Shown here one piece after another: positions 23,345-36,027 of a DNA stretch of 64,000 bases. The notes under the pieces were generated by a model. The model made no database searches. It saw only the letters and a program-made list of their open reading frames with translations, and was not told where the DNA came from. Each line of letters starts with the position of its first letter. The first letter of the stretch is position 1. This DNA comes from Eutreptiella sp. 'Long Island Sound 2002' (taxonomy: Eukaryota; Protista; Euglenida). The position numbers and the translations under genes are program-made. The stretch is from the NCBI GenBank assembly GCA_964036045.1, contig OZ038378.1, positions 81,406,001 through 81,470,000 of the forward strand, in the 5' to 3' direction.

Positions 23345-24030
23345 CGGATGCCGACGTGGCGCCGGCTCAGTGGCACGGTACCACCGTGGTGCCGCAAAAA
23401 TACCTGTGTGCCGGCGTGGCGTAGCCTTCGGGGCAAAGCGCCCCCATGGCGCCGCCGAAACAATCATGCGCCAACGTGGCGCCCGTTCGGTGGCGGCACA
23501 ACATTGTGGTGCAGGCAACGTGCACCTGCGCCGCCATGGGTCGATCTTTGGGGCAGACCACCATCGTGGTGCTGCCCAGACAGCCCTATGCCGAAGTGGC
23601 GCTAGTTCAGTGGCAGAGCGCCACCGCGGTGCCACCAACGTATACGTGCGCCATCGTGGCGTGATCTTCAGGGTAGAGTGCCACCGTGGCACTGCCGAGT
23701 CAGCCCTCCGCTAACGTGGCGCCATTTTAGTGACACAGGACCACCGTGGTGCAGTCAACATGCACATGCACCGTCGTGGCGCAACCTTCATCGGACAGCG
23801 GACCTGTGGTATGCCTAGACGGCCTTGCACCAACTTGGCGCTAGCTCAGTGGCAGAGCGCCACCGTGATGGAGGCAACGTACACGTACGCCACCGTAGTG
23901 TGCCATTGAGGGCAGAGTGCCGCCGTGGCGCAGGCCAGACGGTCGTGCGCCGACGTGGCGCAAAGTGAACGGCAGAGCACCACAGTGGTGCCGCCGCCGT
24001 GCGCGTCTGCTGCCATGACGCGATTTTCGT
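23345..24030. repeat. Hierarchical 30/60/120-bp GC-rich minisatellite, about 12 units of 60 bp
   Basis: CGTGGCG-like anchors at 23355, 23415, 23475, 23535, 23595, 23655, 23715, 23775, 23834, 23894, 23954 and 24014. Confidence 0.85.
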
Positions 24031-24911
24031 GCGCCAGCCTCGCCATGGTGTCAGCTCTAGGCCAATATTCGAGGCAGCATGGCGGGGTCTGCACCTGCGC
24101 TCCGGCAACCGCGATGACACCCCATGCAGAGGTGAGTTGTCATTGGCGGAATTCGCCGCCTCACGTGCCGTTGGCAAACCTTGCCGTCTCGCTCTAACAC
24201 CGCCGTCGTGCCACTTTCTGGGTCACGTGCCGTCTCGGTGCATGCATCGTACGGCTCGTCATTTGGGCTGGGACTTTGGGGCCGGGCGTCGTCGATGACC
24301 TCCGCGGCATTGCACCACCGTGGTGCTATGGCTATGACGCACGTCCCGCACTCACAGAACCCGGAGGTACGCAGGCCACCGGCAGTGCGCGTGATCGTGT
24401 AGCGTGACCGTACTCGCGGCACCATCAGTACTCAACCCTCCGGCAGTGCGGATAGGCGTATTGGGCCTCGATCTCTTAGCCCACGAGCCAGCATAAGTCG
24501 TGGGTGATGCCCCGGGGAGACCAACGCCTTCACAAGCCGGACGATTGTGGGACGCTACCTCGGGTGGATCATGGGCCTTCAGACGGTCGGTAACATGGAC
24601 CCGGAGGCAGATCCAACCTTGGCGATGCCGTAAACCGGCGCTAGGACCACGACGGCCTGCGGGGAGGAGGGTCCTTAGGTGTGTGGCGAGATCCGTCTTG
24701 TTGTCGCGGAGGTAAGACGGAGGAATCCCCTAGCGGGTCTGCGTGGGACCTCCGGGGGACGATGCTCAGGCCTATCGTCCATGGGACCGCAGCAAGCTCT
24801 CCTCCTCCTCCTCTTCCTCCTCCTCCTCCTCCTCCTCCACTACCCACTACCCACCACCCACTACCCACTACGCACTACCCACTACTAACTACCCACTAAC
24901 ACCACTACCAC

Positions 24912-27900
24912 CAGAGGTCAGACGTTAGAGGTCAGAGGTAACGAGACGCATTCACGGTGTCACCCCCCCTACACCATGGACTCTACCGCTCCGTGTGCTA
25001 CACATTCACTCTGATTTTCTTCATATCTATTCATTTCTTGTTCTCTTTGTCTCCCTATGTACCCTACTGTCTGGCTTATCCCTATTTCATTTCTTCATGA
25101 TGTTCCACACTTTGCTCCTTCCTTGCTCGTGCTCCCTCTCACCGCACGTGACTTGATTTGCCGCCGCTTTCCCATTTGTTTTTGAGGCGGCCATTAGCTT
25201 TGACCGATGACCGATTGTGGTGCAACCACTTGTGTCGTGTGCCCTCGTGCCCTTTGATGCAAGACAAGCACTTAGTGGTCTAGAACCTCATCATATTCTG
25301 CATTGCCTTTGCTGCCCTTTGTTCACACGGGCTGCTGGCATCCGAAGGGTGGTCTGTCCACGCCCCGTCCTCTCTTATAAACTGAGCTCTCAGGCCAGGG
25401 GCTGCCATGTCTGGCGCCTATGTCAAGTGCCTGCGTGGGCATCATCTTGCTGTTCCTGCGATTTGTTTGGCATGAAAGATGCGCTATCTTTGCGCATTCT
25501 CTGTTTCTGTTCTGCTTGGCTTATATAGTGTGGGCACATGGACGACCCACTGCCTCGCCCCTTTCCTGTTTTGACTGCCTACCATGGAAGATGCTTAGTC
25601 GTCCAGCTGGGTCGCACTCATCCGGTACACCACTACCACCACTAGTACCACTACCACCACTACCACCACTACTACCACTACCACCACTACCAACAGCACC
25701 AAAAGAACCACCACTACCACCACTACCAACACTACCACCACTACGACCACTACCACCACTACCACTACCAGTACTACGACTACTACCACTACTACCACTA
25801 CCACCACTACTACCACTACTCTCCTCAACCGGGTCCTCTTCTGCGAAGATAGGAAATAAAGAACCAAGAGCTGCCTGAATTGATGTGGGTTGTTGTGTGC
25901 AGTGCAATCTCACATTTCCGCCTCTTGCCCTCAGGCCGTGGTCATGATTATGCCAAGTTGGGTGGACGAGAGGTGGTCTTATTGGAGTATTCTGCGCTGC
26001 TGCACTTTGCTGCTTTGGGAGTTTTTCATTTCAGCAGTACCAACAGTGGATGTTGAGCTCTGTGAGTTATGTGCGGGATTACGACTCGATATCTGTGCAT
26101 ATGGAGTTTCAGGAGCCGATTTTTCTGGGGACGTGCCTACGTCAATATGTGGTTCAAGTGCCGCGTGTGGAGTCTGCAGTGGATGTCGAGCTCTGTGTGT
26201 TGTGCTACAGGAGCTGATTTTCTAGGAACGTAATTACGTCACTTGGTAGTTCCACTACTGCGTATGGTGCCCTCAGAAATTGCTGCTGCACTGCCCACGG
26301 TCTCTTTTGACTTGTGTGCCTCTGGCCTTTGTGGCCGTTGAGGCGTGCAGTCCTGAGTTTGTGGTGTAGTATTCTAAGTGCTGCAACTCAACGGTACAAG
26401 CTCCTGCTCTTCATCTTGCGGATTTCTACAAATGTACAGGGGCTGATGTTTCTGGAATAGTGATTACGTCAATTCGTGGTTCCGGTGATGCAGGTAGCCG
26501 TGGTGTTGCAGGTCGCCGGGGCGACAGCAGGTGCGCCGGGGCGATAGCAGGTGCGCCGGGCGCAGTGGCTGATGAGCTGCAGTGCGACCAGGTTCCCTGC
26601 TGCCACCCTGTGCGTGCCTCCTTACAGCCGGACTGCTCACTGGCTCTTAGACCTGTGGGCTTTCGGCCTTTGTGGCTGTTGAGGCGTGCGCGCATGGGTT
26701 TGTGCTGCGGTCTTCTTAGTGCGGCGACTCAGGTGTACAAGTTGCTACTGGAGTATTTGGCAATTCTGACCATCTGGTCCGAGAGTCAGAGTATGGAAGT
26801 AAATGTCACTGGGACTGACTTTACAGGGTGCTAGCCCTCTCCGATGCCTGCCGAGTGCAGATACAATCGGATCATGCAATTCTCTATCAATAGTGCCCTT
26901 CTTAGGGCTGGCAATTGTCTCCCAGATGCCTGCTTGGTGCAGTTACAATCTGGCGATTGAAGTTCTCAACACATGAGTGCTGTGGCGAGTAGTTGCTGAG
27001 TTGTCTGAGCATTGTTTGTGTCCTACTGGGAGCTCGTTGTGCTGCCTCTCAGTGCTCCTGTACATGCCAAGTTTTTCTTATGGTCTGGGGCAACCTGGTT
27101 TGGAGAACCCCTTTGTCCTCTCTCTTGCGCTTCTTGCTGGCAAAGTAGACTCTGGAGTTTGTGAAGTAATTCTTGCCCCGCGTCCAGATGTCGTCACTGA
27201 TTCATGGTGTTCTCTGAAGGAGACCCTGTCGCAATTGGACGAAGCAAAGATTGTTGGGTCCATTTCCAATTTGACCAAGCGCAAGGGGTGGACGCAATTG
27301 AGCAAGCTCGAGAGCAAGTATCACTGCCTAGGGCCAGTGCTGGGATGTGTCAGCTACGTTACCTTGAAAAGTGGGCTATGAGAAAGGAGCTCTGGTTTGC
27401 TGCACAAAAAAAAAGCCCCGAGGGTGATGTGGTCAGTGCGCTGCCCCACTTTCTTTGATGTTGTTGATCCCATCTCTGATGCCGAAGACGATCTGAGAAG
27501 TGTTGATGCAGGAGCCCCTCCGTCCAACGCCACAACAATTGAGAAGTCATCCCATGCGCAGGTGCGCCTGCTCTTGGAAGCGCATGATAACTTGTCGCTG
27601 AAAGAAGAAGATCATCTACACAGTCTCTTGGCTTCCTCCTACCGAGATGCCTTGGCTGCCGACCTGCTGCTCCTGCTTGCTGCAGGCATTGTTGCAGCTC
27701 TTCAGCATGGTTCCCCATGCCTCTCAGGATGAACTTGCCTGGCTTACAAGTACTCTGGTGGCATTTACCAAAAGGGTCCGTGTTGACCGTCAACAGGTAC
27801 CTCAACTCCAACGTGACAAGCAGCGCAAAGAGTCTCTGAAACGCCTTCGGGAGCCATCTGCGTCTCCCAATGCCAAAGCTCACAAAAAAGCCAGTCTGGG

Positions 27901-30900
27901 ATCCAACCCCAGCTCAGCCCGTGTGCTGGATGTCGACGAGGCACAGCGCGCCACGGAGTCTCCCTTGCCTGTCGACAAAACACGTGAGTCCAACGCCCAG
28001 CGTGCTGGAATTCGCAATGATGCAGGCCGTCAGGAGGATCAATCTCGACAAGGACAACCGTAACTCAAATGGACTGATGGAGCAGGGAGAGGCCCTGTAA
28101 CAATTGAGAAGTATGCCAAGTCTACTAGGTTGAAGCCAATTCTGTTGCAGGGCCTTGAGCGAGTGGATGCGCTGGATGCCTTTGCCGCTGTCCAAAAAGT
28201 CTTTGGGATGATAAGCTTAGATTATCACACTTTCCGCGATATGCTCAATCAATACGGGGAGATTGCGATGTACATTCCGAGACCCCAGCTTGCCCTTCTC
28301 ACGGAGGGCTAAAAAACAGGAAATCTGAGGGTGTCCTCAGCTCGTGACCGGCATGGGTACTCAGATCAAGTGGAGGTGAGAGAGTTGACCATCTTGGATG
28401 CCATGAAACGAGTGGGGACACATATCCCAATTCCTCCGCCCACCAAAATGGAGTCAACCCATACGGTTCAAATGGTACATTGATGAGTGGGCAATGCCCC
28501 CGTGTTGCCCTGTGTGCAGCTCCTCCTTTTTGCCCTAGCAATGCGTTTGTCTCCTTGTGGGGTCCTGGTTTACAATGTGAGTTCGGAGGGGCTGTACTAC
28601 TACCACTGGAAGTGCCACAGATTTATGCCGAATTCTGTGAAATATTTGCCAAGCATTCTATATGGAGTTTAGTCTCGGTGTTCGGTAGTGGTGGCAGAGC
28701 TCAATGGACTGCGGAGCCTCAGTCAAATGCTCAGTGGGAGTCAGCACGTCAACAAGTTGAGATATCTGTCAAGCAATCCTATGGATTAGCCTCGGATGCT
28801 CCATCCTGGGTCCGCAGTTCCGTTGCGAAATCCAAATGTGTCTCCCGTGCTCAGAACAATCGGGGCAGTTTGAAATTGGGCAACTATGGTCCCACATCCA
28901 GCATTCTACCCACTTTGACAAGTGACTGCGGTTCTTTGACTGCCATTTGAGAGCCGTGTCACACGGCACAGATAACGCAGCGAATTTCACGCACAGTGCA
29001 AGTATCTAGGAGTCAGAGCAGTGCCGACGTCGTCGAGGTTATTGGACCGCAGTGGTCTCGGAAAAGCGACTCCTAGCGCAAAAATGGGCTTCCAGCTCTT
29101 TCTCTCGTTGGCTGTTCGTTGGTCCTCAACGATGTGAGTGAAGTGTGTACCTCAAGAGTATATGCACAGGGATCCAGCAAGTTGCACTTGGAATTCTCAC
29201 CAGCAGTTTTTGGAAGCCTTGCAATTGTTCATTGGCCTGTCAGTGTGGACACGGATCAGCAGGACGACACACTGCCCCTGTGGTCTGCTCTTCATGCCCT
29301 GATTCAAGGTGTCAATGCACAAGTGCTTCAACGTAATGGTCGATCAATTGCCCGTCGTCGAAGTCCCATTCCAATTCAGCTAGATGCCTTGTGGTCCAAC
29401 ATGTGTTCAGTCACCAAATTTGATTCCTCGTGCAAATCATTCTGCGGTCAAATTGCCCGATGTGTCGTCCGAAATAGCGAGCATGGGCCACTTCTATCCC
29501 TGTTCCTGAATTGGACACCCCCGCTGTGGTGTTCCCAAAAGTATCAGGTGAGTGTGTGGTCCAACATGCTGGTGCTAGCGAACTTGAATCCGGTCTCATG
29601 TGAGATCTCCATGCTCAACATCAACCTGCAGGGAATCAATCACTCCACAAAAACCCCTGTGACCAAGTGGGATCAAATATTGGCACTGCAAGTAGAAAGC
29701 ATGTCCGACGTGATCGCACTGCACGAAACATACGGAGCCCCAAAGAGGCGTCGTAGCCGCTAACTGAATGGTTTTTGGAGTAAGCGCTCCAAAGCAGCAT
29801 CTGTTGGCAAAGGTCTAGAACTTTGGGTCAGAGGAGCATGGGCTTCCTTTATTGTTGTTGTTCTGGATGAGTACTTTGCGCTTCTGGTTCTGGTCCGCCC
29901 GGCGCCAGGACTTGGGATTGCTCGATCGCTTCATATGGCTCAGCGGTCTGATACGGCCGAGTAGGACAAGCAGCTCCTGTCAGTGGTTCGGGTTATTGAA
30001 GGGTCCGCTGTTATCTCGACTGCACTGGACTGCGCTGGGTGCTGATTGGAACCGCGACATTAGGAGTCATCGTCAGTCCAATGTGGTGTTCGAAAAACAT
30101 CACTTAAATGTTGTTTCTATGGAGGGTTCTCCGATACTGCCCAAGGATTTCTTTGTCGTGAAGGGAGTTGGGTCTGCTCTGTCTGGCTTGTGTCGAGGCA
30201 GGAAAGTTGAAAGGAGCTCACAGAAAGCTGTTCACAGAGATATTCCAGGCACTCAGTGGAGCCATTCGTTCCCCGTCATTGTGGATGCAAGCCTGTAGAG
30301 AGTGCCTGGTTGTTGCCCTACGTCCTTGTTCGCAGCCTCACGTACATACCTCCAGTGGACGTCATTAGTTAGAAGCGATTCTACAAGGGCAAGGATGGAA
30401 GAGAAGAGAGTCGGTTGCCAGGTTGGAGTGAACTGCGTACTGGGAGTCGGTTATCTCGGATTGGAAACAAGTCTCCGGTCATAGCCTTACCAACAGGTCC
30501 CTGAGCGTGCTGAAGTTGAGGCGTTCGAATCCATTTATGGTCATGCATCAAATCCACTGTTTTGCCACAAGCTCCCTAGTGAAGGGTCCGGCAGTTTTGG
30601 CAGTTGCGCGGCAAGAGTGTGCCAAAAAGTACATTCTCATGTCGGATCCTACTTCGGTTGCGTGGATCAAGTCAATGTATCCGCAATGCCCCGTGGTTGC
30701 CCTTGGTGCAGTGTGGCGCCCGTGGATGGAGCAAACCCGATCGCCGCACAAGTGCTTTTCAATGGAGGCGCTCCTGAGTATTTTCAGACTCTGCTCAAGC
30801 CCCAAAGCTGGAGTAGACTGCTTTGTGCCCTCTTTAGTCAAGGATATGGGTCTCGCCAGCTTACTCAGGTTGCTGAGCCTTCCCCGTTTACCGTACAAGC

Positions 30901-33900
30901 AATGGCCACCTGAAACTTTGTGGATTCTCCACCTAACACTATTCAAGAGTGTTGGATTTGACATCAATCTGAACTCTCGTCCGATGAAACTCATGTCGGC
31001 CCTCTATCTCCTTCATGCCAAACTCCTTTTAGTGAGGATGCAAATGGGTACCACCCCAGCTCATTCATGCGGGAGACAGTTTGCTGGATATGGAGTCAGC
31101 TCGAATCATGGTTTACGCTGCCTGGTGCATCTGTGCATGCATCAGTCTCTCGCAAGGTTCTGTTCGGCCAGGGTGATGTTTCTGGACCTGGTAGGAGCGT
31201 ACGACGAGACCTCCCGAGGAGTCCTTGCTGCCGCTGCCAGTGTAGATTCCCTGACTCTATCTCCTTCATGCCAAACTCCTTTTAGTGAGGATGCAAATGG
31301 GTACCACCCCAGCTCATTCATGCGGGAGACAGTTTGCTGGATATGGAGTCAGCTCGAATCATGGTTTACGCTGCCTGGTGCATCTGTGCATGCATCAGTC
31401 TCTCGCAAGGTTCTGTTCGGCCAGGGTGATGTTTCTGGACCTGGTAGGAGCGTACGACGAGACCTCCCGAGGAGTCCTTGCTGCCGCTGCCAGTGTAGAT
31501 TCCCAAGAAATAGCGGACATTGTCCTTCTACTGTTGGAGCAATATTCTGCTTTCAGTACCTCAGTTGTCACGGCTCAGGGGCTGCTACACCCCTATCGTC
31601 AACTTGGAGGAGTTCTATAGGGCGGGGGGCTTGATCCCCTATTCTACATTCTGGGGATTAATCTCCTGCATGTGGCAGTGGCCCTGAGGCGTCTTGGTAT
31701 GCCGGTGGCAATGAAGTCGGCGGACGAACCTTTGGGGACAGTGGGGTATGTCGACGATACCTCTCGTCTTGCAATAGATGACGAAGGTCTGCAATTCTTA
31801 GCCTACAAAATTAGGGCAGTGATAGATCTTGTGTGGCAGCGAAACCACAGCGGCAAAATGAAACTGCTATCGCTTGATGTAAAAGGCACCTCAGTGACTC
31901 GTGTTCGATCCACAATCACGTGGGGGTCGGACACAGTGGAGTATGTGAAGAAGTACGCGTACGTCGAATTTCTGAGTGGAAACGCCAATCCTGTGGGTGG
32001 TGTCGCAAAAGTCCGTCGTATCATCAAGGCAGCATGCAGGCTTGTGATTGGCAGACTACGCAACTGGCCTACATCCCTTCAAGTTGCTCATGCCATTGTG
32101 GCTGGCCTGGTTGTCTGCAAGCGAATTTTTCAATGCATCGTGAACATCCGTGCTCAGGCACACCCGTTCCACATGTTTGGCATGACATGCAAAGCATACA
32201 AAGTTGTTTTTGGGATTCCCTGTAGAACCCCGCGGCAATGCCTTTTCAAGTGTCTAGGGGTTCCGTCTCCAGAGCTTGTGTTTTGGGCCATTGCTCTGCA
32301 TGAGCAGTATAAAGGGTTCGGCAGTCCCGGTCCTGTGCTACGCCAAGCGCCTAGGGTCCATTGGCAGCGAAGCGTTCTGCATCATTTGGATAAAGATACT
32401 GTTCGTCTTCGGGCCCTAACTCATGCCATAGGGATCCACTTTCGGTGTCTGTCGGAGTGCGAGGCCTTGAAGTGGTCCCTGACGGTTCCCTCACACTATC
32501 CGTCTCCTTTGGTCCTCTTTGTGTTTGGTGACACGAGTCAAAAGCGCCTATTGGGAGGCGCAGCACGCGTTCAAGACGCCCTTGGACAGATTTGGCTTGA
32601 CCAGTCGGTGACGCTACATGGCCATGGGTTCAGCACAAAGCTGAAGGAAGGTTCCATGTTGGCGCAAGCAATAGTTGCCATCAGAGAAGCTATCGACGAG
32701 CTGCACGTGCCCGTGCGTTTGGTCTGGTCGTGGTCCGATTGCCTTAGTGCAGTTCAATCTCTCAGCTCTGCGACACTGACAATGCGTCCTGGTCATATCT
32801 TTGACAGAGTGGTAGCAGCGGGCAATGTCGCAGGAGTCCTGCAGAGATGGGGCTGGTTTCCAGCACAACATGACAGCAACCTGAAAGATTGGCTGTCTGA
32901 AGTCAATGCGGAGATGGACACAAATGCGAAGTGGGTAGCGGATGGTCATCCTCGGAGTGCTGTGGTCCTCTCTGTGTGGCTCGATGGTTCTAGTGTCTTG
33001 CCGTTACAGGGTGAGGAAGTGATTGTGCATCTTAAAAAATTTGTTCAAGAGGCTGATGTGCTTGGCTTTCTAGGGGTCCAGAAAGGTGCCACCCCAGCGT
33101 GCAGGGCGTGGCAGTGCTCCCAGAGTCCACCATAGGAGCCCCGCATTGGCTGCAAGTATAACGCCTTCGATTGGAGCTCTGGGGGGTTGCTCGATGCTGG
33201 TTACTGTACTCAACCACACATGAATGGTTCTGGGATCATGAGGGTGGTCAGTGTCCCCTGTGCAGGCAGTGGGTACCACATGTTTCTCTTCATCAACTCC
33301 ATGAATGTCTCTACACCAAGCTGAACATCTTGCGGTGGCTAGAGGATACTCGAAGGCTTCTTGTGGACGCCGGATTGTCGTCAAATCGCGTCGAAGTCGT
33401 GTGGGGCAAAATCACCGTACACGGCACCATTCCAGTTCATATTGTCGGGATCCATCCGGATCAAGTGGGTCGTCTGCCATCTCTTGACTCCCTAGGGCCA
33501 GTGCACTGGCCTGTGTGGATCTCCTCAATGCCATTTCGTGGGATTAGCGGCTGCCGTCTTCGTCACGGTGTTCAGCTTCCGCAGGTGTTGCAAGTGCAGG
33601 TTCTTGCGGCTGCGAGTCAAGTACTGCAATCAGATAGCGAGTTTGATCTGCCTTCTGTGCCGGCAGCAGAGCCTCGTCTGGTCTAGAATCTTCTGCATTC
33701 CATCAAGAGTAATGATCTTGTTGGATTTTCTGGTCATATTTGCAGTCATAGACAATCGTATTCGACGGGGCTTCTGTGGGTGCTTGTGTCTGCATAAAGG
33801 GAGCATGTCCGAAGTCATCTTAGCCAATTCTTGGTCGACCCTGTGTGCGTTGCGGTTGGTTACTGGGGCCCACGATGTTCAGATGTATGCCTGGTTGAGA

Positions 33901-35356
33901 GCCATAGAGACCTTGCTGAGATGATGGAGGTTGCAGCGTCTCACCGCCTCGGGCAACGACAAGTCTATTGGTGCATCCTCTCCCCCAAGTGGCCCTGGAG
34001 TGGTGTGCGGCAAAATATTGGCATCAATCTCTGGCACTTCCATACATTAAAAGGCAATAGTGTTGGGTTTCTGGTGTCCGATTATCACATGTCTCTGGGT
34101 GTTCATCCTGAAGTGGTATTCTCCTTGTTGGTTCAATTGAATCTCTAATTGCCGTTGACTCCCTCTGCAGGTGGCAAGGGCACTGAACGTCCCAGATTCC
34201 AGCCTCAGAGGTATTCGCAGAATAATTTCCACGCAGCGATTGCTCCCAAGTCGTCAGATGCCCATCGCAGTCATTACATTACAAGCAGGAATACCATCAA
34301 GACCGCTCGCTTGGTCAAGCTCAGTGGGGCTATTCACGCAAATACTAAGTTCATGGGCTGGGGCCAGCTGTAACTCTGGCCAGATCCAATGCATACACCT
34401 GTGCCGATACAAGCACAAGATCTCAGTGACAGCTTTCACCACGTCACACTGTTTGTGGCTGTCTAGAGTTACGTGTGCGATCGCTGATGAGGGAGTGCGC
34501 CAACGTGCAGGGACACCACGAAAATACAGTCAGGGGAATTGTCACGAAACTCTTGTGCCGAGTGTGCTGAGAGGTTTTCAAGTATAAGTGACCCAACGGA
34601 CGTGTGGTGCGTTCAAGTGGCACTGTGCAGTCCTGGTGCAGGTTGATGTGTGTGCATTGTCCCGCTGATGAGGGAGTTCAACGGCGTCCCACGGGGGCGA
34701 CCAAACGTTGTTGCCTGGTACTCAGGAATCATTCTCCATTAGCCTCGGGTTCTCCTTCCTCATAGGAGGAAACTATGTCCACAGGTGCTACTCCATGAGA
34801 TAGCCCAGTTGCGCTGTCTGCTCCGGCAGCGTGTGTGCCAATAATGTTGCACATTTCGATCCAAAGTCTTGTGGCAGTCCGTGCCTCGCATCTCAAGCAT
34901 TCATCAATCAAACTTCGAATTATTGCTGATGCAGTGTGACGGTTGGTTGACGGTCAGTGTGTTGCAAATGTGTCCTGGCTATCATGAATTGCATGGTTGG
35001 AGAAGCAAAGGTGAGGGTTCTCAAAGTGTAGTGAAAGGTGTCTTGGGGCAGTTCCGGGCAGGTGAGACATTATCCAACGGAGTGGTTGCGGTCCAATGCA
35101 AGGGAGCCCAATGAGCTCAAATTAGGTGCGCACAAGACCGGATGTGCCAGACTTGATCAGTATGTCTCCATCAGCGTCAGGAAGTGTGTGCCGGGGTGCT
35201 GCCCGGGTCTGGGTTTGATTTGAAGTGACTGGAAGTGTCGACAGGTGCAACAAAGTGGAAAGAAGGGTGTAGGTAGGTATTAGAAGAGGATAACTGCGCA
35301 GGGACCGGTACGGATCCGGTACAAAACCATACACTCAAATCAAATCAAATCAAACC
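24912..35356 (+). mobile_element. LINE family 1, copy 1: ORF1-like region, APE, RT, RNase H, CCHC-like finger, (CAAAT)n tail; 5' boundary uncertain
   Basis: APE INLQGI...IALHE (29620-29730). RT DLVGAYD, (Q)GGGLDP and GYVDD (31747-31758). RNase H FGD...KEG...SDC...WFPAQHD...EMD. Finger CPLC...HQLHEC. The tail CAAATCAAATCAAATCAAA precedes a CTA-type array. Multiple stops and frameshifts. Confidence 0.9.
31002..31504. repeat. Apparently exact 250-bp tandem duplication inside the RT
   Basis: 31002-31251 and 31255-31504 are separated by TGA. Copy 2 has a single unit. Confidence 0.9.
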
Positions 35357-35996
35357 AATAGCACTACTACCACTATTAACACCACTACCAGTACTACTAC
35401 CACTACTACCACTGGCAACACAACTACCACTATTACCACCACTACTATCACTACTACCACCAATACCACCACTACTACCACTACTACCACCAACACCACC
35501 ACTACTATCACTACTACCACCACTACCACTACTACCACTACTACCACCACTACTACCACTACTACCACAACTACTACCACTACTACCACCTCTACCACTA
35601 CTACTACTACCGCTGCTGCTGCTGCCCATTACTACCACTACCGCTACTACCACCTCTAACACTACTACTACTACCGCTGCTGTTGCTGCCCATTACTACC
35701 ACTACCGCCGCCGCTGCTTCTGCTGTTGATGCTGCCTACTACAACTATTACCACTACTACCACTACCAGTACTACCACTACTACGATTACTACCACTCCC
35801 GCCGCCGCTGCCGCTACACCACTACTACCACTACTCCCACCTGCTGCAGCTGCTGCTGTTACTCCTGCTGCCGGTGGTGGTGCCACCGCTGCTGCTCCTC
35901 CTCCTGCTGATTCTGCTCCTGCTGCTGCTGGTGGTGATCGTCCTCCTGTTGCTGTCGCTGCTCCTGCCGCTGCTCGTGCAGCGGCAGCAGCATCAG

Positions 35997-36027
<31 letters not shown>
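35357..36027. repeat. Compound (CTA/CCA/CTG)n microsatellite
   Basis: Read directly. Confidence 0.95.

Noticed and set aside
23837-23860. tRNA gene
   Set aside because: Only a D-arm-like segment is present; there is no anticodon arm, T-arm or acceptor pairing.
34484-34535. Hammerhead ribozyme-like CTGATGA...GAAA
   Set aside because: Stem II does not form, and copy 2 has CTGATGC at the same site.
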